A DNA stretch of 64,000 bases. It comes from Patescibacteria group bacterium (GTDB lineage Bacteria > Patescibacteriota > Kazan-3B-28). Location: contig JAQUNP010000001.1 of NCBI GenBank assembly GCA_028717565.1, positions 293,996 to 357,995 of the forward strand. Direction: 5' to 3'. Positions 54,345-63,683 of this stretch are shown here, one piece after another. Numbering within the stretch: the first letter of the stretch is position 1; every line of letters starts with the position of its first letter. The position numbers and the translations under genes are program-made. The notes under the pieces are model-generated. The model saw only the letters and a program-made list of their open reading frames with translations. It ran no database searches and had not been told where the DNA came from.

Positions 54345-54689
54345 ATGGCAAAAAGTCAGGGTTGCACCTTGAGGCGCGAATCATACCCTGCAAAGGAGGT
54401 GACGGAGGGAATGCCAAGGCGACATTTGCTCATTTTTTTCATACCTGGTCAGCTGAGCGAGGCACTGGAGGTGGACCTCGAACATGTTGACCAGATGGCC
54501 TTGATCATTGGCCGTAAGCGTATTCAAGAGCTGGGTTCTGATGGCCACGAAATCTTTCAGCTGAAAAGGAGTGAGACGGAGGCCGATTTGGTGGCAAGGA
54601 TCTTTAAGATACCTAAGCACCAAGTCAAGGAAGGGAATCCGGGCAAGATTCTTCTGCGGCTGAAGGAGGCCAGACGGCCGGTACGGTGA
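54345..54689 (+). CDS. Hypothetical protein (114 aa) or part of a long leuS leader; status uncertain
   Basis: About 32 percent of codons start with G, which looks coding. A fully overlapping antisense ORF exists (54381-54731). The start is questionable because the -10 element sits too close. No family recognised. Confidence 0.4.
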   Translation: MAKSQGCTLRRESYPAKEVTEGMPRRHLLIFFIPGQLSEALEVDLEHVDQMALIIGRKRIQELGSDGHEIFQLKRSETEADLVARIFKIPKHQVKEGNPGKILLRLKEARRPVR

Positions 54690-54761
54690 ACCATGCTGTA
54701 GGGAGTGAAATATGATTACGGATCCAATCAATTACTATGTCAGAGATGTGCATAGTCGATA

Positions 54762-54804
54762 AGAGCCCTTTTGTGAACAGAAGCAAGAGGGCTTTCCGCT
54801 TTTT
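54762..54804 (+). terminator. Terminator/attenuator-like hairpin 17 nt upstream of the leuS start
   Basis: 54762-54773 pairs with 54784-54795 (12 bp, two G.U pairs), with a 10-nt loop. CCGC then TTTTT follow (54800-54804). Confidence 0.5.
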
Positions 54805-54820
54805 GGGGTATGATAGTGCT

Positions 54821-57214
54821 ATGGCAAAGGCAAAATTCAACCACCAGAAGATTGAGAAAAAATGGCAAAAGTTTTGGGAGGCGGAAGGCATTTTCAAGGC
54901 GAATGAAAAAGCCAGGGAGCCATTTTATGTATTAGATATGTTTGCTTATCCTTCGGGTGAGGGTATGCATGTGGGGCATCCTCGTGGCTATACGGCTAGT
55001 GATATTTTAGCTAAGTATTATATGATGCAAGGCAAAAATGTGCTTCATCCTTTTGGCTGGGATGCTTTTGGATTGCCAGCGGAAAACTATGCGGTCAAAG
55101 TGGGTGTACCCCCAGCGCAAACTACCAAGAAAAATATCGCCAACTTCAAACGTCAATTGAAGTCTTTCGGAATGGGATACGATTGGGATCGGGAAATCAA
55201 CACCTCTGACCCGAATTATTACAAATGGACACAGTGGATTTTTAAGGTGCTCTTTGACAACGGCTATGCCTACCAAAAGGAGGCCTATGCCAACTGGTGT
55301 CCAAAATGTCAGACGGTATTGGCCAATGAACAAGTGGTGGCCGGTCAATGTGAGCGCTGTGATAGCGCCGTTGAGCAAAAGAAAATGAAGCAATGGTTTT
55401 TTAAGTTTACTGCTTTTGCTCAGGAGCTGATTGATGGGTTAGCTCAATTGGACTGGCCAGAGTCGACTAAGGAAATGCAAAAAAATTGGATCGGTCGGAG
55501 CGAAGGTGCCGAGCTTGAGTTTGCGATTGATGGTGGTCGGGACAAGATCAAAGTTTTCACTACCCGCCCGGATACGCTTTTCGGAGTAACGTACATGGTA
55601 CTGGCGCCCGAGCATGAATTGGTTGAAAAAATTGTAACCAGTGAGCAGAAAAAAGCAGTCGAACGATATGTGGCCAATGCTCGGAAGAAAAGCGCTCTGG
55701 ACCGCACGGCGGCGAAAGAGAAGACCGGAGTTTTTACAGGTGCTTATGTCGTCAACCCAGCTAACCACGAGAGGGTCCCGGTTTGGGTAGCCGATTATGT
55801 GTTGGCTGACTATGGTTTTGGGGCGGTGATGGCGGTGCCAGCTCATGATGAGCGGGACAATGAGTTCGCCAAGAAGTATGATTTGCGAATTGTACGGGTG
55901 ATTGAGAGCGACGAAGATTTTTATGCTGGTTATGGCAAGCTGATAAATAGCAGTGAATTTGATGGGCAGGAAAGTGAGAAAGTTATTCCGGCTATCACCA
56001 AAAAAGTTGGCGGTAAATTGACTGTGCAATATAAGCTACATGATTGGCTGATCTCGCGTCAGAGGTATTGGGGGGCACCAATTCCAATTATTTATGTTCC
56101 TAAAGGTAGCCCCTCGGTGCCTCGGGGGGGCAAAAAATCTGTTGCTCCGACGTACGGAGGAGATTCCTTTGTCCCGGTCTCAATGGATGAAAAAGATTTA
56201 CCAGTCATACTCCCCAATGATGTTGATTTTAAGCCAACCGGAGAATCACCATTAGCTAGTTCTAAAAAATTTCAGGATGGTGTGGAGGCAAGATATGGCA
56301 AAGGAGCACGGCGTGAAGTGGATACGATGGATACTTTTGTATGTTCGTCGTGGTATTTCTTACGCTATTGCGATCCGCACAACACAAAAGAGTTCGCTGG
56401 GAAGGATTCACTTAAATATTGGATGCCAGTTGATTTCTATGTAGGTGGCGCTGAGCACACTAATGGGCATTTGTTGTATGCACGGTTCATGGTAAAGGTG
56501 CTGCATAAGTTGGGCTATTTGGATTTTGATGAGCCATTCTTAAAACTGCGCCATCAGGGGATGATCCAGGGTGAGGATGGCGAAAAAATGAGTAAGAGCC
56601 GAGGCAACGTAGTAAATCCAGACGAGGTGGTGGAACACTATGGCGCCGATACGATGCGGATGTACGAGATGTTTATGGGGCCGTTCGCCATGTCGATGCC
56701 GTGGAGCACGCAGGGGATGGTAGGGGTAAGACGATTTTTGGACAAGGTGTGGGGGAAGGTACAGGGTGCCGATAAAAAACAAGAAACGCCTCACGCACTA
56801 GTGGCCAAGGTGACTGAAGACATGGAAGGCCAGAAGTTTAATACGGTTGTTAGTACTATGATGGAATTTATTAACGAGGCCCAAGGTACGAGCTGGGTAC
56901 GTGATTTCACGCTCCTGTTAGCACCTTTTGCTCCGCATTTGGCTGAAGAGATTTGGCAGAATGTCTTAGGTGAGAAGGCAAGTGTATTTGAAGACCGGTG
57001 GCCTAGGTTTGATACCAAGCGTGCTCAAGCCGCAAGTGTAGTGATAGCCGTGCAGGAAATGGGGAAACTACGAGGGACGGTTGAGATTGCAAGGGATGCG
57101 AGCGAGCGGGATGTCTTAGCTGCGGTGGAGCAAAATGATAAACTAACTAGGTTGGTACAAAACTCCAAGAAGCATGTTTTTGTACCAAATAAGATTATTA
57201 ACTTCATAAATTAG
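54821..57214 (+). CDS. leuS: Leucyl-tRNA synthetase
   Basis: Start moved to M29 (MAKAKFNHQKIEKKWQKFWE, the conserved LeuRS N-terminus). HIGH (MHVGHPRGY) and KMSKS (EKMSKSRGN). Confidence 0.95.
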   Translation: MAKAKFNHQKIEKKWQKFWEAEGIFKANEKAREPFYVLDMFAYPSGEGMHVGHPRGYTASDILAKYYMMQGKNVLHPFGWDAFGLPAENYAVKVGVPPAQTTKKNIANFKRQLKSFGMGYDWDREINTSDPNYYKWTQWIFKVLFDNGYAYQKEAYANWCPKCQTVLANEQVVAGQCERCDSAVEQKKMKQWFFKFTAFAQELIDGLAQLDWPESTKEMQKNWIGRSEGAELEFAIDGGRDKIKVFTTRPDTLFGVTYMVLAPEHELVEKIVTSEQKKAVERYVANARKKSALDRTAAKEKTGVFTGAYVVNPANHERVPVWVADYVLADYGFGAVMAVPAHDERDNEFAKKYDLRIVRVIESDEDFYAGYGKLINSSEFDGQESEKVIPAITKKVGGKLTVQYKLHDWLISRQRYWGAPIPIIYVPKGSPSVPRGGKKSVAPTYGGDSFVPVSMDEKDLPVILPNDVDFKPTGESPLASSKKFQDGVEARYGKGARREVDTMDTFVCSSWYFLRYCDPHNTKEFAGKDSLKYWMPVDFYVGGAEHTNGHLLYARFMVKVLHKLGYLDFDEPFLKLRHQGMIQGEDGEKMSKSRGNVVNPDEVVEHYGADTMRMYEMFMGPFAMSMPWSTQGMVGVRRFLDKVWGKVQGADKKQETPHALVAKVTEDMEGQKFNTVVSTMMEFINEAQGTSWVRDFTLLLAPFAPHLAEEIWQNVLGEKASVFEDRWPRFDTKRAQAASVVIAVQEMGKLRGTVEIARDASERDVLAAVEQNDKLTRLVQNSKKHVFVPNKIINFIN

Positions 57215-57832
57215 ATGGGTGAAGAGAGCACACGTGAAGTAACAGATTTTGATGTGGAGGCAGAGTGGAAGGGTGTGGAGAAATTACTTGCCCAAAAAGC
57301 TTCTGCAGCCTGGGGTATGGCCGTAGTGGAGGCACACAAAATATTCCGACAGACGTTGATGGAGGTTAGTTTTGGCGATGATGTCGAAGAGCAAATTCAC
57401 AATGCGGCAGAGCTGTTCAGCGATATGACTAAGTTGATGCAGGCACATGAGTTATATTTGCAAGTTAGGGACGAGATAAACTACATGCCGACCAAGGATG
57501 ATGCTCAAAAAGCCACTGACATTTTTTTAAAGGCGATTTTAGACATGACGGGTCGTGATTTTATAGTTCAGGGCGTGTGGCATCGTTTAAATAATAACTT
57601 GAATTTTTTCTGGGGTAATCATCCAAAATTTTTAGTTTATGTGCTCTCGGGCATTTTAGGATTTGTGGCGACAGTTTGGATTTTGGACAAAAGCCCGGTT
57701 GGCCGATGGTTTGGCGATCTAGCAATTGGCTTTTCCGAGTTTGTGGTAGGTAACGAGCCACTTTTGATAGGTCTCCTAGTAGCGTGGTTTATCGCACTGG
57801 TCTTAAGCTTGGTTTATTTTCGCAAAAAATAG
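57215..57832 (+). CDS. Hypothetical protein with helical N-domain and 2 C-terminal TM helices
   Basis: 205 aa. The ATG directly follows the leuS TAG. No recognisable motif. Confidence 0.55.
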   Translation: MGEESTREVTDFDVEAEWKGVEKLLAQKASAAWGMAVVEAHKIFRQTLMEVSFGDDVEEQIHNAAELFSDMTKLMQAHELYLQVRDEINYMPTKDDAQKATDIFLKAILDMTGRDFIVQGVWHRLNNNLNFFWGNHPKFLVYVLSGILGFVATVWILDKSPVGRWFGDLAIGFSEFVVGNEPLLIGLLVAWFIALVLSLVYFRKK

Positions 57833-57886
57833 GCCACGAGTGGGCCTGTGCTACAATTGATGTACGCTAACTTGTAAGGAGGATCG

Positions 57887-60800
57887 GTGGAGTTTGTGCA
57901 TCTACATGTGCATACCCATTACAGCTTGCTGGATGGTTTGTCGAAGGTGGGGGGCCTTGTAGAAAAAGCCAAAGCACAGGGTGCTAAGGCCTTGGCAATC
58001 ACGGATCATGGCGTGATGTATGGCGCGGTTGAATTTTACAAGACCTGTAAAAAGGAGGGGATCAAACCCATTATCGGCTGCGAGATGTATGTTGTACCGG
58101 GTTCGATGGAGACCAAAGAGCTGAAGCGGGGGGAGAGAAATTATTTTCATCTTACGCTGTTGGCCAAGAACCACACTGGCTATGTAAATTTGATGAAAAT
58201 GGTAACTGAGGCGCATCTCAAGGGCTTTTATTACAAGCCTCGGATTGACTTTGAATTGTTGCAGAAACATGCTGAAGGCCTGGTGTGCCTGTCTGGGTGC
58301 TTGAGCGGTCAGGTTGCGCAGACCTTGTTGAGGGGCGAACGGGAAGAGGCGAAGGCGTTGGCGCTAAAATACCGACAACTCTTTGGGGAGGATTATTATT
58401 TAGAGGTCCAGCATTTTCCGAATATCCCGGACAGCCAAAAGGTGAATGATGGCCTGATCGGCCTATCGCAGGAGATTGGGGTGCCACTAGTGGCCACGGC
58501 CGATTCACATTATTTAGATCCAGAGGATGCTGATGCTCAGGATGTTTTGTTGTGTGTTCAAACTGGCTCCACGATTACGGATGAAAACCGTTTTACCATG
58601 AAGGGTGAGCTGTTCGATCTTAAAAGCCCCGAGGTTATGGCGGAGGCATTTAAGCATGTGCCCGAAGCTATCGAAAATACCGTCAAAATCGCCGAGAAGT
58701 GCGATTTAGAAATTCCGATGGGGACATATATCCTGCCGCCATTTGACTTGCCAGAGGGCGAAAATATGGAATCAGTGTTCGATCATAAAGTAGAGGCAGG
58801 TTTAAAAAAACGATTTGGTGAACCGTTGTCTCAAGCAGTTCGCGAGAGAGCTGATTATGAGATGGAGATGATTAAGCGGATGGGTTATATTAGCTACTTT
58901 TTGATTGTGGCTGATTTTGTGAACTGGTCTCAAGATAATGGTATTTTGGTTGGCCCAGGCCGAGGTAGTGGTGCAAGTAGCATTGTGGCGTATGCCTTGC
59001 GGATTACCAATGTAGATCCGCTGAAACACAATTTATTGTTTGAAAGATTTTTAAATCCAGAACGGATTTCAATGCCAGATTTTGATATTGATTTTGCCGA
59101 TGACAGGCGTCATGAGGTGGTGGAGTATGTTATGCAAAAGTACGGGCGAGATAGGGTGGCCAACATTATTACATTTGGGACTATGGCCAGTCGTGCAGCG
59201 GTACGAGATGTTGGCCGGACGCTGGGTATGAGTTATGGCGAAGTGGACAGGATAGCGAAGATGATCCCACCACCGCAACAAGGGAAGTACACTCCGCTCA
59301 AGCAACATATTGAAGAGGTACAAGAGTTGAAGGCGGAGTACGAAGGTGATGAGAAAATAAGGCGGCTTTTGGATTTATCAATAAAGTTGGAGGGGACGAT
59401 TCGGCATGCTTCTACCCATGCAGCTGGGGTGGTGATTGCAGACAAGCCATTAACCAACTATGTCCCGCTACAATACGCTCCCAATGATGAGACCGTTTTA
59501 GTAACGCAGTATTCCATGTTCCCCTTGGAAGATATCGGACTTTTAAAGATGGACTTTCTGGGCTTAAAAAACCTTACGATTATCAAGAACACTACTAGGA
59601 TTATTCGCAAAACTAAAGGCGTGGAGATAAATGTCGATGATTTGCCTTTTGATGATGAAGAAACATTTAAGCTTTTGCGAGCCGCAGATACTACTGGCGT
59701 ATTTCAGTTAGAAAGTGACGGTATGAAGCGCTATATCAAAGAGTTGGCCCCCACAGTTTTTAGTGATATCGCGGCCATGGTAGCGCTATACCGGCCGGGG
59801 CCGATTCAGTTTGTGGAGGATTTCATCGCTCGTAAACATGGCCGTAAAACCAATTCGTATTTGCATCCTAAGCTCCAGCCGATTTTGGAAGAGACCTATG
59901 GCATTGCTGTGTTTCAGGAACAGGTTTTACAGATCGCTCGGGATGTCTGTGGCTTTACACTGGGTGAGGCGGATGTTTTGCGCAAGGCCATCGGCAAGAA
60001 AATCCCAAAACTTTTGGCAGAGCAGAAAACTAAGTTTTTTGAAGGCGCAGTTAAAAATGGTGTGAGCAAATCGGTAGCAGAACAGCTGTTCCATTTTGTG
60101 GAGCCATTTGCTTTGTACGGTTTTAATCGGGCGCACAGCACGAGCTACGCAGTCATTGCTTACTGGACGGCGTATCTGAAAGCGCATTACCGGAGTGCGT
60201 TTATGGCAGCTTCGATGACGTCTGACCAAAACGATCTAGACAGGATTGCAAAGTATATCGGTGAATGTGAGCAAGTTGGCTTAAAGGTTCTAGCGCCTTC
60301 GGTTAACAAAAGCTTTACAGATTTTGCCGTAGTGAAAGAGACGGATGAAATCATCTTTGGACTAAATGCGATCAAAAATGTTGGTCGCAAGGTTTCTGAT
60401 GCGATTGTGGACGAGCGTAGTCGGGGAGGTGAATATCAGGACTTATCCGATTTTATTAAGCGGGTTGGCAAAGAAGTGATCAATCGGAAAACTTTGGAGA
60501 GTCTGATTTTGGCAGGGGCTGTGGATGCTTTTGGAGACAGGAAGGTAATGTTTAATAACATTGATAATATCTTGTCTTTCGCTGGTGAATATTATCGTCG
60601 GCAGGAATCAAATCAGGCGGGGATGTTCGCAGATGCAGAAATTGGCGGAACCGAAACAGTCCAACTGCAGGTTTCGGAGACAGCAACCGATAAAGAGAAG
60701 TTGGCTTGGGAAAGGGAATATCTGGGTACGTTTGTATCTCGACACCCTTTGAAGGAACTCACTCCGCTATTGGATGGACTGGTCAAGCCGATTGGTAATC

Positions 60801-61408
60801 TAAGTAATTTAGATGATGGCAAAAAAGTGAAGGTGGCTGGTATCGCGACTCGGATCCAAAAAATCTTTACAAAAAAGGGTGACGCCATGTTGTTTGTGAA
60901 CTTGGAGGATTTAAGCGGTCAAGCCGAGGTAGTGGTGTTTGCTAGTGTATTGGAGAAAACCAAGGAGCTTTGGGAGCGGGATAATATTTTGCTGATATCC
61001 GGTAAGGTAAATGTAAAAGAGACAGCTGAAAATCGTGGCGAAGGGATTGTGTTAGTGTCAGAAGCCAAAATCGTAGCAGAAGGGGTCGAGCTGATAGATG
61101 ACAATATAGAAGAGCTTAAGGCACAGTTCAAAAAATCGGACATGATAGATGACTTGCCGCCAGTGCATAGCATTAAGGAGCCTGCGCCGCGCCATGTTGA
61201 ATATTTGCCAGATCGGGTGGTGATAAAACTGCCACGTAATTTTACAAACGAAAAGCTACATATATTAAAAGATGTCTTGGCAAAATATGAGGGGACAAGA
61301 AAAGTTGAGTTGGAGCTCTTTGCCCAGGGTAAGTGGCAACGAGTGCCAACCAGTGCCAAGACCGATAAATCGGAGGCACTAGAGAAGGAACTAGCGACGA
61401 TTTTTTAA
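57887..61408 (+). CDS. dnaE: DNA polymerase III alpha subunit
   Basis: 1173 aa. GTG start 4 nt after AAGGAGGA. PHP domain FVHLHVHTHYSLLDG. Polymerase core motif (PDFDIDF). OB fold near the C-terminus. Confidence 0.96.
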   Translation: MEFVHLHVHTHYSLLDGLSKVGGLVEKAKAQGAKALAITDHGVMYGAVEFYKTCKKEGIKPIIGCEMYVVPGSMETKELKRGERNYFHLTLLAKNHTGYVNLMKMVTEAHLKGFYYKPRIDFELLQKHAEGLVCLSGCLSGQVAQTLLRGEREEAKALALKYRQLFGEDYYLEVQHFPNIPDSQKVNDGLIGLSQEIGVPLVATADSHYLDPEDADAQDVLLCVQTGSTITDENRFTMKGELFDLKSPEVMAEAFKHVPEAIENTVKIAEKCDLEIPMGTYILPPFDLPEGENMESVFDHKVEAGLKKRFGEPLSQAVRERADYEMEMIKRMGYISYFLIVADFVNWSQDNGILVGPGRGSGASSIVAYALRITNVDPLKHNLLFERFLNPERISMPDFDIDFADDRRHEVVEYVMQKYGRDRVANIITFGTMASRAAVRDVGRTLGMSYGEVDRIAKMIPPPQQGKYTPLKQHIEEVQELKAEYEGDEKIRRLLDLSIKLEGTIRHASTHAAGVVIADKPLTNYVPLQYAPNDETVLVTQYSMFPLEDIGLLKMDFLGLKNLTIIKNTTRIIRKTKGVEINVDDLPFDDEETFKLLRAADTTGVFQLESDGMKRYIKELAPTVFSDIAAMVALYRPGPIQFVEDFIARKHGRKTNSYLHPKLQPILEETYGIAVFQEQVLQIARDVCGFTLGEADVLRKAIGKKIPKLLAEQKTKFFEGAVKNGVSKSVAEQLFHFVEPFALYGFNRAHSTSYAVIAYWTAYLKAHYRSAFMAASMTSDQNDLDRIAKYIGECEQVGLKVLAPSVNKSFTDFAVVKETDEIIFGLNAIKNVGRKVSDAIVDERSRGGEYQDLSDFIKRVGKEVINRKTLESLILAGAVDAFGDRKVMFNNIDNILSFAGEYYRRQESNQAGMFADAEIGGTETVQLQVSETATDKEKLAWEREYLGTFVSRHPLKELTPLLDGLVKPIGNLSNLDDGKKVKVAGIATRIQKIFTKKGDAMLFVNLEDLSGQAEVVVFASVLEKTKELWERDNILLISGKVNVKETAENRGEGIVLVSEAKIVAEGVELIDDNIEELKAQFKKSDMIDDLPPVHSIKEPAPRHVEYLPDRVVIKLPRNFTNEKLHILKDVLAKYEGTRKVELELFAQGKWQRVPTSAKTDKSEALEKELATIF

Positions 61409-61437
61409 CGGCTCAAAATATGAGCCGTTAAATTTTG
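61407..61437 (+). terminator. Intrinsic terminator after dnaE
   Basis: AACGGCTCA-aaata-TGAGCCGTT followed by AAATTTTGG. The stem sequence is shared with the terminator at 19.9 kb. Confidence 0.7.
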
Positions 61438-61481
61438 GATATTAACGATGCTGTTTAAAAACTTGAAGGGAGGTTTGGCCC

Positions 61482-63449
61482 ATGCCCAGATGGACCAGAG
61501 TCGGTTTTTTGATTTTGGCTTGGAGTTGGCTAGCAAGCTGGCCTCTAGGCGCTGTCTCTGGCTGCAATCAGCAGGGCAGTAAGTCATCCCAGGAGTTGGT
61601 TCCCATTACAATTGCCGAAGCACCGGACTGCGAGCTTTACCTGGTGAAAGCCGGGACAAGCCATCAAGCATTGGTATGCATTGGTGGTTGGCAGAACAAT
61701 CAGTGGCTAACACTGGAACGGGCGCAATTGGTTTTTGACGTGGCTTTGTCTAACTTCGCCAGCATTGATGCTAACCAGACGATCCCTCGATGGGGAGAGA
61801 TTAGCATCTATATGTTGGCGTATGATACGTCGAAGGGAGCTGATGTGTTGGCCGAACAGTTCGTACGTCTATTCAGGGCTGATAAAATGTTAGCCAAGAA
61901 TGGCACCAGATGTGTGTTTTTATGCCACAGCTATGGTGGGCTGGTGGGCAGTGAACTGGAGGCACGGGATCGGGAGCAGGTATTGGGGTCACTCAATGCT
62001 GGAACGCCATGGAATGGGACGGGACTTTTAGACGAAGGAGCTCTTACTCAAGCGGCTGAGAATCTCTATACCCAAATTGGCCAGAGCGTAGTGGCCCAAG
62101 GATGGACTTCGCTAGTGGATTTTCGGACTGATAGTGTGGCGTGGATGGCGCCCGATAGTCAGATGCGTGAGCAGGCACGGTTACGGACTGATTGTGCCAA
62201 TAAGTTCTTTTATGTTGGCGCAGTGGCTCCAGCTGGCGATGATATCTTGTCACGCAATTTAAACTTGGCGGGTCTGTTCGACGCCAATGTTTGGCACAAC
62301 ACCGAAATCCAAAATCGTCAGTTGTATGCGTTGGGTGCGCGACTAATTCAGGAGATCAATGGAGAAGCCAGTGATGGTATGGTGATGAAATCGTCAGCCA
62401 GTGCACAAGGTTGGTTAGGAGCTGAGCAGGTACGAGTGGTAGGCGAAAGAAACCACGTGCAAGTGATTACTGGCAGCCAAGGCGACATGTGGCTGCATCA
62501 GCAGATGTACCAAGATATAATGGCTCTCTTTTGGTCAGACCCCAAGCTGAACGCGCCACATTTCGATGTGGTAATGCCGCAGGTACCGATGATAGATCTA
62601 CCAGCGGATTGGGTAAGTCATATCAAGCGTGGTGACATAGTTTTCATTCGCGACCAGCAACTGTATGTTGCAAGCGCAGACGGGAAGAATGAGTACAAGC
62701 TGTCGGTCGAGGGACTGAAATGCAAGTGGCCACAGTGGTTGGATACGGATTCGGTTATCTTCACAGGCGTGGACAACCAAGGCCAGAGCGATATTTATCT
62801 CTTGAGCGATAATCGAGCTGTTTTGCGCCTGACTCAAACTGGTCAAAGTCAGATGGCAGTGCCACTGGGGTTTGGGATGGTTTTTGAGGAAGGCGACACG
62901 CTGGTCTATCGCTCGATGGGCGGTTTGGCCAAGATCCTAGTTACCGACGGAGTGCATCTAACGAATCCTCCGGCTGTCTTGGGTGAGCAGATTTATTTTG
63001 CGCATCAAGCAGACGATGGCATGAATCGGCTGTACTGCATTTCGTTAGATGATGCCAGTCGACGGCTCGGTGTTTTGCCAGCGGTAGCTCAAGGTACGCG
63101 AACGCCGATTCGTCTTGGCAATGCGATTCTGGCAGTAGGTGTAAATGGGGACCAAACATCCCTGACTGTAGTAGCTGGTAGTGTCGGTCAACCAATAATG
63201 GTGGCCACACAATACCTCAACCAGCACAATCTGGTTAACCTAGAGTCAATCAAGGTTAACGGTCAGTGCTCCCGTCTTTATGTAGTTATGGACGAAGTAA
63301 TTCGGACCATAACTATCAGTGAGTTTCTCTCAGTGGTAGGGGCAAAGTATGACTGGAGCCAAATGCTTCAGGACCAAACGGTCACCTTGCCGCGAATCGA
63401 GAGTTTGTTGGCTACCCAGATTCAGGGTAGTGAACTGGACACAAAGTAA
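61482..63449 (+). CDS. Putative lipoprotein: alpha/beta-hydrolase (lipase/esterase-like) N-domain plus beta-propeller C-domain
   Basis: 655 aa. Lipobox-like AVSGC. Nucleophile elbow CHSYGG (GxSxG-type). C-terminal TolB-like repeats. Confidence 0.6.
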   Translation: MPRWTRVGFLILAWSWLASWPLGAVSGCNQQGSKSSQELVPITIAEAPDCELYLVKAGTSHQALVCIGGWQNNQWLTLERAQLVFDVALSNFASIDANQTIPRWGEISIYMLAYDTSKGADVLAEQFVRLFRADKMLAKNGTRCVFLCHSYGGLVGSELEARDREQVLGSLNAGTPWNGTGLLDEGALTQAAENLYTQIGQSVVAQGWTSLVDFRTDSVAWMAPDSQMREQARLRTDCANKFFYVGAVAPAGDDILSRNLNLAGLFDANVWHNTEIQNRQLYALGARLIQEINGEASDGMVMKSSASAQGWLGAEQVRVVGERNHVQVITGSQGDMWLHQQMYQDIMALFWSDPKLNAPHFDVVMPQVPMIDLPADWVSHIKRGDIVFIRDQQLYVASADGKNEYKLSVEGLKCKWPQWLDTDSVIFTGVDNQGQSDIYLLSDNRAVLRLTQTGQSQMAVPLGFGMVFEEGDTLVYRSMGGLAKILVTDGVHLTNPPAVLGEQIYFAHQADDGMNRLYCISLDDASRRLGVLPAVAQGTRTPIRLGNAILAVGVNGDQTSLTVVAGSVGQPIMVATQYLNQHNLVNLESIKVNGQCSRLYVVMDEVIRTITISEFLSVVGAKYDWSQMLQDQTVTLPRIESLLATQIQGSELDTK

Positions 63450-63455
63450 GATTTA

Positions 63456-63531
63456 CCCTGCTTCCATGATAAGGGAGGTTATGGAAGCAGGGGCTCTACT
63501 TAGAAAACCCTTGCCCTGATAAGGGGGTTTT
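63456..63531 (+). terminator. Two tandem hairpins after the lipoprotein gene, the second with a T-run
   Basis: Hairpin 1 is CCCTGCTTCCAT-13 nt-ATGGAAGCAGGG (63456-63492). Hairpin 2 is AAAACCCTT-8 nt-AAGGGggTTTT (63504-63531). Both carry TGATAAGGG in the loop or on the 3' side. Confidence 0.55.
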
Positions 63532-63683
63532 GCTATCATGCGAAAGTTATGAATCCCGTTAGAAGTTTGTTTGATTTGTAATTTCTAATGGGTTCCGTCA
63601 ATATAGGTAATTAGTAGATTAGTTAATTAAGAGGTTTAGAAAAAATTTAGTTTAAATTTTTTCGCTAAGAACTTCTAAATGGG

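Noticed and set aside
54269-54820. Possible RNase P RNA or T-box riboswitch between tRNA-Ala and leuS. Words such as AAAGTCAGGG, GAATCCGGGC, AGGGAGTGAAA and GGTGAACC resemble conserved RNase P and T-box segments.
   Set aside because: The look-alike words are in the wrong order for RNase P RNA and have mismatches in invariant positions. The T-box-like GGTGAACC lacks the UGGN bulge and lies about 70 nt from the terminator arm, too far to form an antiterminator. The region is kept only as an unexplained leader.
54737-54820. 28-codon N-terminal extension of leuS.
   Set aside because: LeuRS homologs begin a few residues before the ..EKKWQ..W motif. The extension contains the terminator-like hairpin.
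63456-63492. SRP RNA-like word GGAAGCAGGG in a hairpin.
   Set aside because: The helix is a perfect 12-bp stem with none of the conserved asymmetric or symmetric loops or the GNAR tetraloop of SRP domain IV. It is most simply a terminator hairpin.
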